Positions 29,437 to 38,178 of a stretch of DNA of 64,000 bases are shown here, in pieces. Position numbers and translations under genes: made by a program. Origin of the DNA: an uncultured Bacteriovoracaceae bacterium (GTDB taxonomy: Bacteria > Bdellovibrionota > UBA2428); contig CAZIFW010000002.1 of the NCBI GenBank assembly GCA_964538275.1, forward strand, positions 5,052 through 69,051. The letters run 5' to 3'. Under the pieces are notes generated by a model. That model saw only the letters and a program-made list of their open reading frames with translations. It made no database searches and had not been told where the DNA came from. Position 1 is the stretch's first letter; each line of letters begins with the position of its first letter.

Positions 29437-30603
29437 TTAAAGTGTTTTTTGCTGTGAGCTACTTGGCAGATTTATGATGCGTTCTCGCATAGATTCAGCT
29501 GTGCTGAGATCAGCTGCGCGAGGGCTTTCTTTTAAATACGCAAGTGTGTTCATTAAATCCCAAGGTGGACGAGCTTGTATCTTGGCATCAATAAATGCTG
29601 TTAAAAGTTCTTTTTGATGTTTTTGATAAGCGGGCTTAAGGATCAACGTGTTGAGCCAGTAGTTTGCAGAATTTTCCTCATGAGAAGTTAAAAGCTCCGC
29701 AAATTCGCAACCAGAAAATGCTGCAAGGTATTTTTTGTGTAAGAGTTTTTTCTTCTCCAAAAACTCAGGCAGGCGCAAAAGTTGCGCATAAAGTAAGGCC
29801 GCGTTCAGATTGGGCATACGGTAATTAAAGCCCATGACATCGTGAGAGAATGATACTTTATCTGCAGGTACGATTTTGGCAGTGGTGCTGAGATGTTTTA
29901 TTTTTTGTGCAAGCTTAGGATCTGAACATAAAATAGCTCCACCACCACCTGCAGTGGCAATTTTATTTCCATTAAAGCTCAGTGTGCCAAGAGTGCCCAA
30001 AGTACCCGTGTGTTGTTTTTTGTAATAACTTCCTAATGACTCCGCACTGTCTTCAACTAAATGGATTTTGTACTTCTTACAGAGTTCTAAAAGTTCGGAA
30101 AGTTTAGCAGCGAAGCCAAAAACATGGACAACACAAAGGGCTTTGATTGCTGCATTACTTTTGTTGTGAACACACAGATCATTTTTTACGGAACATTCTT
30201 TCTTAAGAAAATCTGCAAGTTTTAAAGGGCAGACCCCTAAACTCTCTGTTTCAATATCTATAAATAATGGCTTGGCTCCTGTATAGAGCACTGCATTGGC
30301 TGTGGCGACAAATGTCATGTTGGGAACAAGTACTAAGTCACCAGTGCCTACACCTAAAGCGTGGAGGCTAAGGTGAAGAGCAGAGGTGCCTGTAGAAGTT
30401 ACAATAGCAAAGGGACTTTTTGTAATTTTACAAAGTTCTTCTTCGACTTTATTTGTGAATGCCCCTACAGAGGAAACAAATGTACTTTCTAAACATTCGG
30501 CTACTTTTTCACTCTCTAGAGAGGAGAGATTGGGTGTGTGTAAGTCAGCGGGGGTGGGAATAACCGATTGAACTCTTTTTAGAATATCTAACACTAGGCT
30601 CAT
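29437..30603 (-). CDS. LegC-family PLP-dependent sugar aminotransferase
   Basis: FVSSVG, TFVATANA, VHVFG, EDSAESLG, SFNGNKI, GFNYRMPNLNAAL. Confidence 0.87.
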   Translation of the reverse strand: MSLVLDILKRVQSVIPTPADLHTPNLSSLESEKVAECLESTFVSSVGAFTNKVEEELCKITKSPFAIVTSTGTSALHLSLHALGVGTGDLVLVPNMTFVATANAVLYTGAKPLFIDIETESLGVCPLKLADFLKKECSVKNDLCVHNKSNAAIKALCVVHVFGFAAKLSELLELCKKYKIHLVEDSAESLGSYYKKQHTGTLGTLGTLSFNGNKIATAGGGGAILCSDPKLAQKIKHLSTTAKIVPADKVSFSHDVMGFNYRMPNLNAALLYAQLLRLPEFLEKKKLLHKKYLAAFSGCEFAELLTSHEENSANYWLNTLILKPAYQKHQKELLTAFIDAKIQARPPWDLMNTLAYLKESPRAADLSTAESMRERIINLPSSSQQKTL

Positions 30604-31247
30604 AGATAGCGGTCCTCACGTTTACGTTGGCCCACAATTCTACAAGGATTTCCAAAAGCCAAAGCATTTTGAACAAGATCTTTTAAAACGACTGAACCCA
30701 TTCCAACGACACAATCATTGCCAATGTGGATGCCATGTTTGATAAGCGCTCCTAAGCCAATAGAGCTGTAGTCACCAATGTGTACGTTGCCTCCAAGTGC
30801 AGCTTTGGGCCCAATTGAAGAAAAGTTTCCAATTTTTGCATCATGATCTATTTGAGCCCCTGTGTTTACGAGGCATTGTATTCCTAAATGACTCCCGCTT
30901 TGAACAATTGTTCCAGCCATACATACTGCGCCTTCTTCAATTTTTACATTTGAGGCAATAAGGGCGGAACTGTGGATAAGTGATGGAAAAAAAGCATTCG
31001 AATTAAGAGCTTTTATTTTATTATAGACCTCGGCTCGTGCTGCATTGTCACCAATGCCTAGGGCTAGTGCCATACCATCTACTATTTGAAAGCTTTTCTC
31101 TGAAATGAGCGGAACGCCTAAAAGTAGCCCCGAGGGTGCCTCTTCCTGAGTGATAAAGCCACTGAGCTTGTATTCACTGCAATTTTTTATAAGGTCGGCC
31201 AATACTCGGGCGTGTCCGCCTGTGCCATATACAAATATGTCTTTCAC
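30600..31247 (-). CDS. NeuD/PglD-type hexapeptide-repeat sugar N/O-acetyltransferase
   Basis: YGTGGHARV, LGIGDN, IDHD, left-handed beta-helix repeats, GNPCR. Confidence 0.88.
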   Translation of the reverse strand: MKDIFVYGTGGHARVLADLIKNCSEYKLSGFITQEEAPSGLLLGVPLISEKSFQIVDGMALALGIGDNAARAEVYNKIKALNSNAFFPSLIHSSALIASNVKIEEGAVCMAGTIVQSGSHLGIQCLVNTGAQIDHDAKIGNFSSIGPKAALGGNVHIGDYSSIGLGALIKHGIHIGNDCVVGMGSVVLKDLVQNALAFGNPCRIVGQRKREDRYL

Positions 31248-31266
31248 TTTGCTCTAAGATTGCATA

Positions 31267-31278
31267 GAGTGGCCACTC
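31267..31278. promoter_or_regulatory. Perfect 12-bp palindrome in the 47-bp divergent gap of the sugar locus
   Basis: GAGTGGCCACTC is its own reverse complement and sits centrally between two divergent starts. Confidence 0.4.
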
Positions 31279-31294
31279 ATTACAAGCTACAATC

Positions 31295-32035
31295 ATGCGT
31301 ACTATGCGGGGTTTAATTACTGTTATTGCCTACAATGAAGAGAAAAATCTTCCTATGGTCCTTAAGGAATTAAAGGACTTTGTAGCGACTCAAAAAAACC
31401 TCGAAATTCATTTAGCCGTTATTGATAATGCATCGAGTGATCAAACCCCAGAAGTTGTTGACGATATAGGCGGGGTAACTCTTGTGCGCCATTGCATAAA
31501 CAATGGGGGCTCAATGGGAACGGTCTTAAGTTACTTTCGATTGGCTCATAAAATGGATGTAGATTTTTTGGTTCAATTTGACGGCGATGGCCAACACATT
31601 GCCAGTGAGATTCCTCATATTCTTGCACCTATACTTAAAAATGAATCTGATTATGTAATTGGTTCTCGTTATTTAGATAAGCAAGGCTTTCAATCTACCT
31701 TTTTGCGACGTATTGGAATTAAAACCTTTAATTATTTAATTCGCTCACTGACCGGAGAAAAAATTACAGATTCAACATCGGGATTTAGAGCTTATAGTAA
31801 AAAGGTTATTCGCATTTTTTCAAATAAGTTTCCTCATGAAGTGATTGATCCCATGCAGTTGCTCGTGATTTCAAGTTTTGCTGGAATGCGCATACGAGAG
31901 GTACCAACAGAAATGCGAGCGCGTATTCATGGAAAGTCTGAATTTCAATTTTTCTCATCCTTTAAATTTGTTTTTGCGGGGCTGCTTACTTTGGGCAGTT
32001 GTTATTTGCAAAAACCGGTATTGAAGAAGCTTTAA
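31295..32035 (+). CDS. GT2 glycosyltransferase, polyprenol-phosphate glycosyltransferase (DPM1/GtrB)-like
   Basis: IAYNEE, IDNASSD, QFDGDGQH, VIGSRY, DSTSGFRAY, EVP. Confidence 0.88.
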   Translation: MRTMRGLITVIAYNEEKNLPMVLKELKDFVATQKNLEIHLAVIDNASSDQTPEVVDDIGGVTLVRHCINNGGSMGTVLSYFRLAHKMDVDFLVQFDGDGQHIASEIPHILAPILKNESDYVIGSRYLDKQGFQSTFLRRIGIKTFNYLIRSLTGEKITDSTSGFRAYSKKVIRIFSNKFPHEVIDPMQLLVISSFAGMRIREVPTEMRARIHGKSEFQFFSSFKFVFAGLLTLGSCYLQKPVLKKL

Positions 32036-32042
32036 GGAACTT

Positions 32043-32414
32043 ATGGGAATACAAATTAAAATCGTTATAACTTTATTTAGTTTGATTTTTTTATATGTCG
32101 TTTTAAAAAAAGTTCGTCGTGAATTTTTAAAACCATTTTATGCTCAACTATGGATTTCTTTTGCTCTTTTTATGTTGGCAGTTGTATGGGCCGAGCCTGT
32201 CTTTAAGTGGGTTTCTGACACTGTGTTTGGATTTTCGGATGCACGCCACACTATTTATATAGGCTTATTTGGTTTTCTCTTTCTTTATGCTTTTTACGCG
32301 ACTTTAGCTTTGAACCGAATGCAGGAACAAATGAAAGTTCTTATTAGCGAGGTTGCTATTACAGCCGCTCTAAAAAATGAAAAAATAAAATCAGAAAATA
32401 AAGTAGAGCTTTGA
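32043..32414 (+). CDS. DUF2304-like small membrane protein
   Basis: 3 TM helices plus a basic/coiled C-terminus (..LISEVAI), directly after a GT2; this pairing is typical of DUF2304. Confidence 0.7.
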   Translation: MGIQIKIVITLFSLIFLYVVLKKVRREFLKPFYAQLWISFALFMLAVVWAEPVFKWVSDTVFGFSDARHTIYIGLFGFLFLYAFYATLALNRMQEQMKVLISEVAITAALKNEKIKSENKVEL

Positions 32415-32425
32415 ATAAGGGTAAA

Positions 32426-32455
32426 CGGAAGTCTGGCTTTGCAGCCAAACTTCCG
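32426..32455. terminator. Hairpin between convergent genes
   Basis: CGGAAGT..GGCT-TTGC-AGCC..ACTTCCG stem-loop; no clear U-tract. Confidence 0.45.
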
Positions 32456-32494
32456 CTTCGAAGAACTGTAACTAGGTTTGAGGGGGGAGGGGTC

Positions 32495-33304
32495 CTAGTT
32501 ACAGAGCTTAGATATATCTCCAGGCCAGTAGCTTGTGATTCTTAGGTAAGTATCGTTCACACTTTGTTCAGTCCCTTTAAGGTAGATCTTATAAGTTTCG
32601 CCACCTTTGAGTTTGAAGTTTACGTTTACTTTACAGCTACGTTGAACTTCGCCAGAACCCGTATGAGATTGGTCGAGGTCTTTGATTGAGTGATGATTCC
32701 CACCTGAGAAGTAAGTTGTTAACTTTTCTTTAGACTGACTTTTACCTGTGTAATCACCTTTGAAAGAAATGTAGTAAGTGCCACTTTTAGGGGCAGTGAC
32801 TGTGATGTATTTGTGCTCACTGCTTCCCATGATGCCCCAGATTTTTTTCCAACCTGAGCTGTAGTTGGTAACGCTTCCGCCACCATTAGAACCGCAACCG
32901 CTGCTGCTTCCGCAGTCATCATCGTCGCTATCGTCATCGCTATTCCACCAGTCATCGTCATCGTAGTTTCCGCCGTTGTTATTTCCGCCACCTGAGTTTC
33001 CACAAGATCCGTTAGCTGGAAAAGACCAGTAGTTATTGTTCCAGTAGTAGTACCACTGGTTTCCACAATAATTATAGCCATTGTAGGTTCCGTAACAGTT
33101 TGAAGGAAGAGAAGGTTGGTATCCACAGTTTCCTTGTGGGATATATCCAGGTGCATAGCTATTCCAATTGTGTGCAGGAGGAGAATATTGCGGCTGGGTA
33201 TAGGGGGAGTTGGGATTATAAGTTGTATTGCTTCCAGAAGATTTCTTTCCGCAGGCTCCAAGCGCCACAACAAGTCCAAGAATTAGAAACTGTAAGTTTT
33301 TCAT
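32495..33304 (-). CDS. Lipoprotein with N/Y/G/S-rich and acidic low-complexity regions and a C-terminal beta-rich domain
   Basis: Lipobox LGAC after MKNLQF; start placed at ATG 33304. Confidence 0.8.
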   Translation of the reverse strand: MKNLQFLILGLVVALGACGKKSSGSNTTYNPNSPYTQPQYSPPAHNWNSYAPGYIPQGNCGYQPSLPSNCYGTYNGYNYCGNQWYYYWNNNYWSFPANGSCGNSGGGNNNGGNYDDDDWWNSDDDSDDDDCGSSSGCGSNGGGSVTNYSSGWKKIWGIMGSSEHKYITVTAPKSGTYYISFKGDYTGKSQSKEKLTTYFSGGNHHSIKDLDQSHTGSGEVQRSCKVNVNFKLKGGETYKIYLKGTEQSVNDTYLRITSYWPGDISKLCN

Positions 33305-33316
33305 ACAAGCTAGTGA

Positions 33317-33334
33317 ATGCACGCTTTGTGCCAA
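33317..33334 (-). promoter_or_regulatory. Sigma54 (-24/-12) promoter
   Basis: Minus strand TTGGCAC-AAAGC-GTGCAT; the predicted TSS lies only a few nt before ATG 33304. Confidence 0.65.
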
Positions 33335-33474
33335 ACTAAGCGTTTGATATTTAAAGGAATAATCTGTCTAGATTTTAGACACCCGATTAACGAAAAGGGC
33401 CCTATTGGCTAAAGACACGGCCTAACAGAAAAATAAAGTCGAGTCTTAGATGGGGGACTGTTAGCAAATATGTT

Positions 33475-34425
33475 GTGCAAAATGTCTTAATTAAGTGGAG
33501 CTTATGGGCAACATTTTTTGGAAGCTTTTATCTTTATTCTCAGTCCCCCCAGATAAATCCATGGAGTCCTTTTTTAGAAAACACCATTCAAGAGCAAAAT
33601 AATGTGGGAACTCCTGCCTTTGACCTAAAAGAAACAGATCTCCTTGTTTTTCCAGGAATCAATTCAGAATTTGAAAAGAAAGATTCCTTCCAGGAGCTTG
33701 AAAAGATTGCAGCTGAATCTCAAGGCAAAATAGAATTGAATGTTTATTGGCCAAATTCTTTAGCATCAGCAGAAGAAAATGCACTTAGTATTGTTGATTT
33801 GTTAGAAGAAAAGATCGCAGCTTGGAAGCCTACAGATCCAAAGCTACTTTTGCTCGGACACAGTAAAGGAGGTCTTGAATTGTTTTTGGCTTGTCTTAGC
33901 AGGCCCGACCTTTGCAATTCTGAAGCAGTGTCATTGGTAAGTATCCTTCAGGCTCCTGTAATGGGAACTTCAACTGCCGATGAATTGTTTGATGAGAGCG
34001 GACAACCTCTTAAGTTTTTTTCTATTCTCTTTTTCTTTATGCCGTCTGTAAATTCAAAGGTTGTTCTTGGAGAAGGAATGAAGTCGGTTCGTACGCAAGC
34101 GGTTTTAGACATCTACAGTGAAATTGACTTAGAAGCCTTAAGTAAAAAACTTAGAAAAATAATTTTTATAGCAGGTGATGAAGATATAAAAGATTGGTCT
34201 AAGGAGCTTAAAGTTCCTGGTAGAAATTTCACAGGCGATGGTGTTATTCCGCTCTCACAGGCCCGTCACGAAGCCTTTACGGAAGCCCCTTCTTATAAGT
34301 TAAATTGTGATCACCTTGATTTGGTTATAAAAAAACCAAGATCGAATAAAGTAGATACATATAAAGTTTCATTTTGGAAAAGCCTGTTAGGTTTAAGAGA
34401 ATTACTTTTGCAAGCTACGCCTTAA
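33475..34425 (+). CDS. Secreted alpha/beta hydrolase (lipase/esterase-like)
   Basis: N-terminal hydrophobic signal; nucleophile elbow GHSKGG; GDGVIP and CDH as acid/His candidates. Confidence 0.75.
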   Translation: MQNVLIKWSLWATFFGSFYLYSQSPQINPWSPFLENTIQEQNNVGTPAFDLKETDLLVFPGINSEFEKKDSFQELEKIAAESQGKIELNVYWPNSLASAEENALSIVDLLEEKIAAWKPTDPKLLLLGHSKGGLELFLACLSRPDLCNSEAVSLVSILQAPVMGTSTADELFDESGQPLKFFSILFFFMPSVNSKVVLGEGMKSVRTQAVLDIYSEIDLEALSKKLRKIIFIAGDEDIKDWSKELKVPGRNFTGDGVIPLSQARHEAFTEAPSYKLNCDHLDLVIKKPRSNKVDTYKVSFWKSLLGLRELLLQATP

Positions 34426-34955
34426 ATTAATTTTGTACGACAGCTACTAACTTCAACTGGCTTAAATGATCTCTCTTGTAATTCACTTTCAACTTCTAAG
34501 AGAGAGAGCCCAGGTTTTCCAAGATATTCGTGGAAGCGATTGCCCCAAATAAGCGGATCAAAGCTCATAGGATTGGGCTCAATGTCTAAATACATTGCTA
34601 CGAGTTTGGTGCAGTTAAAAACCTCTGGATCATACCAATCTGCAAATAAGAAATATTTTTTTCCCAAAACTTTATCTAAAAAATCTTGGTTGGGCTCGGG
34701 TATTGTATGATCAGAATAAATTCTAGAAATTGTGCCCATGTTGGAGTTGTTCTGAGTAAGATGAACTCCGTAATAGGGGTGGGCTTCAAGCCATTGATCG
34801 CCCACTCGTATAGCTACATGAGAGAACTGTGTGCCCTCTTCATAAACTTCTAGAGTGCCATCGGGGCGTGTGCGTATAAAAAATGCAATATCGACTGCAT
34901 TTGCTAAAGTGGTAAGCAAACTTAGTAAAAAAAAGAAAAATACACTCCAACGCAT
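34422..34955 (-). CDS. Secreted permuted papain-like amidase (YiiX/YebB-like NlpC/P60)
   Basis: Signal peptide; FSHVAI (His) precedes FNCTKLV (Cys), the permuted order. Confidence 0.7.
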   Translation of the reverse strand: MRWSVFFFFLLSLLTTLANAVDIAFFIRTRPDGTLEVYEEGTQFSHVAIRVGDQWLEAHPYYGVHLTQNNSNMGTISRIYSDHTIPEPNQDFLDKVLGKKYFLFADWYDPEVFNCTKLVAMYLDIEPNPMSFDPLIWGNRFHEYLGKPGLSLLEVESELQERSFKPVEVSSCRTKLI

Positions 34956-34964
34956 TAAGTGGCC

Positions 34965-35546
34965 TTAGTAATTTTCTGGAAAAAGAATTCGTTCTGCATG
35001 CTCAATGCTGATGTGTAAAATCTGCATGTGTAACTCTTGAATGCGATCTGCAGTTTTGCCCGGAACTACAATAGCTTCTTGGCTCAGACCTAAAGCTGCT
35101 CCACCATCTTTCCCAAGTAAGCTCCATGTGCCAAGACCTTTGCTTTTAGCTACTTCTAAAGCTTTCAAAATATTTGGAGAATTTCCGCTCGTGCTCATGG
35201 CAATTAAAAGGTCGCCCTTTTTTCCAAAGGCTTCAACTTGCCGTGAAAACACGTGTTCAAAGCCAAAGTCGTTAGAGACACAGGTGGTATGTGCTGCCTC
35301 ACCGAGTGCTAGAACAGGCAGGGCTTTGCGATTTCCCCGGTATCGACCCGTGAACTCTTCTGCAAAATGTAGAGCGTCACAATGAGATCCCCCGTTTCCA
35401 CAAATGAGAATTTTATTATCTTCTTTAAAACATTTTACAATTGCATCACCCAAAGCAGAGCACTGTGCAATTAATTTTTCGTTAGCTATAAAAGATTGAA
35501 GTGCTACTTGAGCGTCTGTAAGTGCATTGATCCATACTTGTTTCAT
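34965..35546 (-). CDS. gmhA: Phosphoheptose isomerase
   Basis: CGNGGSHCDA, NDFGF, FSRQVEA, STSGNSPNI, RIQELH. GGAGGA RBS supports a start at 35546. Confidence 0.94.
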   Translation of the reverse strand: MKQVWINALTDAQVALQSFIANEKLIAQCSALGDAIVKCFKEDNKILICGNGGSHCDALHFAEEFTGRYRGNRKALPVLALGEAAHTTCVSNDFGFEHVFSRQVEAFGKKGDLLIAMSTSGNSPNILKALEVAKSKGLGTWSLLGKDGGAALGLSQEAIVVPGKTADRIQELHMQILHISIEHAERILFPENY

Positions 35547-35577
35547 AAAGTCCTCCGAACACATTGTGTTCATTTCA

Positions 35578-37842
35578 TTATCTACTTTCTAGAACGCGAA
35601 GTTTTGCAAATTTTGTCAAAAACTTACGAGTGCCAAATCCTCTAAACTCTACTTGAACTTTAGTAGCATCGCCTACACCGGTGCGAGATTTAATCACACC
35701 ACGTCCAAAGTCGGGGTGTTCGACAGATTTTCCAACTTTATATTCGTCATCAACGGCTTCATAACTTTCTTGAGAAAAAGAAGAATCTGCCCAAGTGGAA
35801 TTAGAGTTTGAAGAGCTGCTGCCGTAGTTGTTGTCTCCGAAGTAACTTCTATCATCGGAGGAATCAAAGCGGTCCCAAGAGCGCTTTGAAGTGTCATCGC
35901 TGTGGTCCTCAAGTGCGATTTTAAGCTTGGGCATTTCTGCTAGAAATCTTGATGGTCTCTGAATTTGAAGACGACCATAGACTCTTCGGACTTTAGCATG
36001 AGTAAGGTAGAGTTGTTTTTCTGCACGTGTGATTCCCACATAACAAAGGCGACGTTCCTCATCGACTTCGTCTTCTCCGCTATTAAGACCAAGAGACATT
36101 TTGGAAGGGAATATTCCCTCTTCTAATCCCAAAACAAAAACATGAGGAAACTCGAGTCCTTTAGAAGAGTGAAGGGTCATCATTTGAACCGAAAACTCTG
36201 GATTCGCTTTATCAAAATCTGTAGATAAACTTGTTTGCTGCAAGAAATCTTCTAAGCCACCTTCTGGATTTTGGGTTTCATAATCAACCAATACGTTGCG
36301 AAGTTCTTCCAAGTTATCGAGCTTGGTGGCGGCTTCCACTGTATTTTGGTCCATCAGGAATTTTCGATAGCCACTCTTATCAAGCAAAGTAGCGTAAAAA
36401 TCAGATAGGCGAGAATCGCGAAGTTCTTCTTGGAGTTCTGCAATGAGTTTTATGAAGACTTGAAATTTCTTTTGAGTTCCAGCGCTGAGGCCGCCGTGGC
36501 CAGAGGCCATCATAGACATAGCTTCTAAGTGTGAAACTCTTTCTTGTAGAGCCATCTCTCGAATTTTATCCATACTTGTAGGGCCAATGCCTCTTGCAGG
36601 GGTGTTTACAATTCTAAAGAAAGCCACTTCGTCGCGTGGGTTAACAAGTAGTCGTAAGTAAGAAAGCGCATCTTTTACTTCTGCACGGTCATAGAACTTA
36701 TAACCCCCGTAGATGACATAAGGGATACGCTCAACGCGCAAACTATCCTCGAAAAGACGAGAGATTGAGTGACTGCGATAAAGCAATGCGATTTTTGAAG
36801 GACATGTGCCTTCGCGCACGAGCTTAGCAACGCGCTTTATCACCCAACGAGCTTCATCAAAGTCCGTGCCGAAGGTGTGAACTTGGACAAGTTCTCCTTC
36901 TCCCGCGTCTGTGAAGAGTTCTTTCTCGCGGCGTTGAATGTTATTGGCAATTACAGCGTTTGCTACATCGAGAATATTTTGTGTAGAGCGGTAATTCTGC
37001 TCTAATTTGTAGATTTTGGCATTGGGGTAATCGCGCTCAAATTCTCGGATATTGCGAATGTCCGCTCCCCGCCACTTGTAAATGGATTGGTCTTCGTCAC
37101 CTACAACAAAAAGGTTTTTATATTTTTCTGAGAGGAGTTTTAGTATTTTATACTGAACCGCGTTTGTATCTTGGTACTCATCTACAAGAATGTAGGGATA
37201 GTTGTTTTGTAAGTCTTCACGAATCTCTGGAAATTTCTCCAAAAGTTCGTATGTTTTTAAAAGTAAGTCACCAAAATCGAGCGCTGAGCTTAGCTCTTTT
37301 TTCTTTTCATAAAGTTTTGCAATACTTTTAAGTTTTTCTCTGTGAGCGGGATAGCGTATTTCTAGAAAGCTATGCTCGCTTGGGTTGATGCCATCGTTTT
37401 TGAGTCGATCAAAATTTTCTAATACAAATTTGGGTGAAAGTTCTTCTTCCGCAAGACCCATTTCTTTTAAAACTTCTTTCACCAATGTGTTTTGGTCAGA
37501 GTCGTCAAAAATCGTAAAATGTGGCGGTAAATTAAATACGTAGCCGTACTTTCTTAGCCAACGCACTCCGGCACTATGAAAAGTTGAAAGAAAAACTTGA
37601 TCCGCAACCTCTGGAGCAACCGTTTCAAGCATCTTTCGCACTCGTTCGCGCATTTCTTTTGCGGCTTTGTTCGTAAAAGTAAGAGCAAGAATTTCTGCAG
37701 GGAACGCGTGGCCTTCCTGAATGAGATTCGCAATGCGTAAAGTGAGTACGCGTGTTTTTCCAGATCCTGCGCCTGCTACAACGAGTGCAGGGCCTTGTAC
37801 GTGCGAACTCGCTGCGGATTGTTGTGTGTTAAGTCCACCCAT
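35578..37842 (-). CDS. pcrA: UvrD/PcrA superfamily 1 DNA helicase
   Basis: AGAGSGKT, TFTNKAA, VDEYQDTN, VVGDEDQSIY, LEQNYRST, KGLEF, EERRLCYVGITRA; C-terminal Tudor-like domain. Confidence 0.96.
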   Translation of the reverse strand: MGGLNTQQSAASSHVQGPALVVAGAGSGKTRVLTLRIANLIQEGHAFPAEILALTFTNKAAKEMRERVRKMLETVAPEVADQVFLSTFHSAGVRWLRKYGYVFNLPPHFTIFDDSDQNTLVKEVLKEMGLAEEELSPKFVLENFDRLKNDGINPSEHSFLEIRYPAHREKLKSIAKLYEKKKELSSALDFGDLLLKTYELLEKFPEIREDLQNNYPYILVDEYQDTNAVQYKILKLLSEKYKNLFVVGDEDQSIYKWRGADIRNIREFERDYPNAKIYKLEQNYRSTQNILDVANAVIANNIQRREKELFTDAGEGELVQVHTFGTDFDEARWVIKRVAKLVREGTCPSKIALLYRSHSISRLFEDSLRVERIPYVIYGGYKFYDRAEVKDALSYLRLLVNPRDEVAFFRIVNTPARGIGPTSMDKIREMALQERVSHLEAMSMMASGHGGLSAGTQKKFQVFIKLIAELQEELRDSRLSDFYATLLDKSGYRKFLMDQNTVEAATKLDNLEELRNVLVDYETQNPEGGLEDFLQQTSLSTDFDKANPEFSVQMMTLHSSKGLEFPHVFVLGLEEGIFPSKMSLGLNSGEDEVDEERRLCYVGITRAEKQLYLTHAKVRRVYGRLQIQRPSRFLAEMPKLKIALEDHSDDTSKRSWDRFDSSDDRSYFGDNNYGSSSSNSNSTWADSSFSQESYEAVDDEYKVGKSVEHPDFGRGVIKSRTGVGDATKVQVEFRGFGTRKFLTKFAKLRVLESR

Positions 37843-37958
37843 GTGGGAAAAAAGCTACTAAGGCAGCAAGTCTATTGGCAATTCAAATTCTCACTGTAAA
37901 TTTAAGCCCTACATGTAGCGTCTTATGACGCCGGAAGACGTTAAAAATAATCAGATGG

Positions 37959-37988
37959 TTGATTTTATAGGCATGCATTCTCTATAAA
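37959..37988 (+). promoter_or_regulatory. Sigma70-like promoter of the candidate ncRNA
   Basis: TTGATT(37959)-N18-TATAAA(37983). Confidence 0.45.
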
Positions 37989-38097
37989 GGGTTCAGCCGT
38001 TCGGGGGTCGGTCCTAAAAAGCCTAAACCCCTGAGAAGCATGAGGCCGGGGGTTGTCCAGTCCTCCCCAATACTGATCCCCGGCCCCAAATTTTTTC
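37989..38097 (+). ncRNA. Candidate structured ncRNA or leader, family unassigned
   Basis: GC-rich island in AT-rich DNA; helices 38001-8/38027-34 and 38044-53/38076-85; alternative 11-bp helix 38002-12/38072-82; U6 tract at 38091-96. Confidence 0.6.
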
Positions 38098-38178
38098 ATT
38101 TCTTTATAAACTAACTCCAAGCTAATCGTCCTTTTATTGACTTCAGTAGCTGAGTCAAAATTCCGATAAAACTACTGC

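Noticed and set aside
32719-33279. 186-aa Thr/Met/Ala-rich alternative-frame ORF
   Set aside because: Shadow of the low-complexity lipoprotein on the same strand; no RBS or domain.
37925-37987. 20-aa leader peptide MTPEDVKNNQMVDFIGMHSL before the structured RNA
   Set aside because: No SD, no amino-acid run typical of attenuators, and it overlaps the predicted promoter.
37989-38097. Assignment to c-di-GMP-I, c-di-AMP, SRP, tmRNA or tRNA
   Set aside because: Only short fragments resemble these; core motifs (GCAAAC/GACGCAAAGC, GCUAAC, CAGG..GGAA..AGCAG, T-loop/CCA) are missing.
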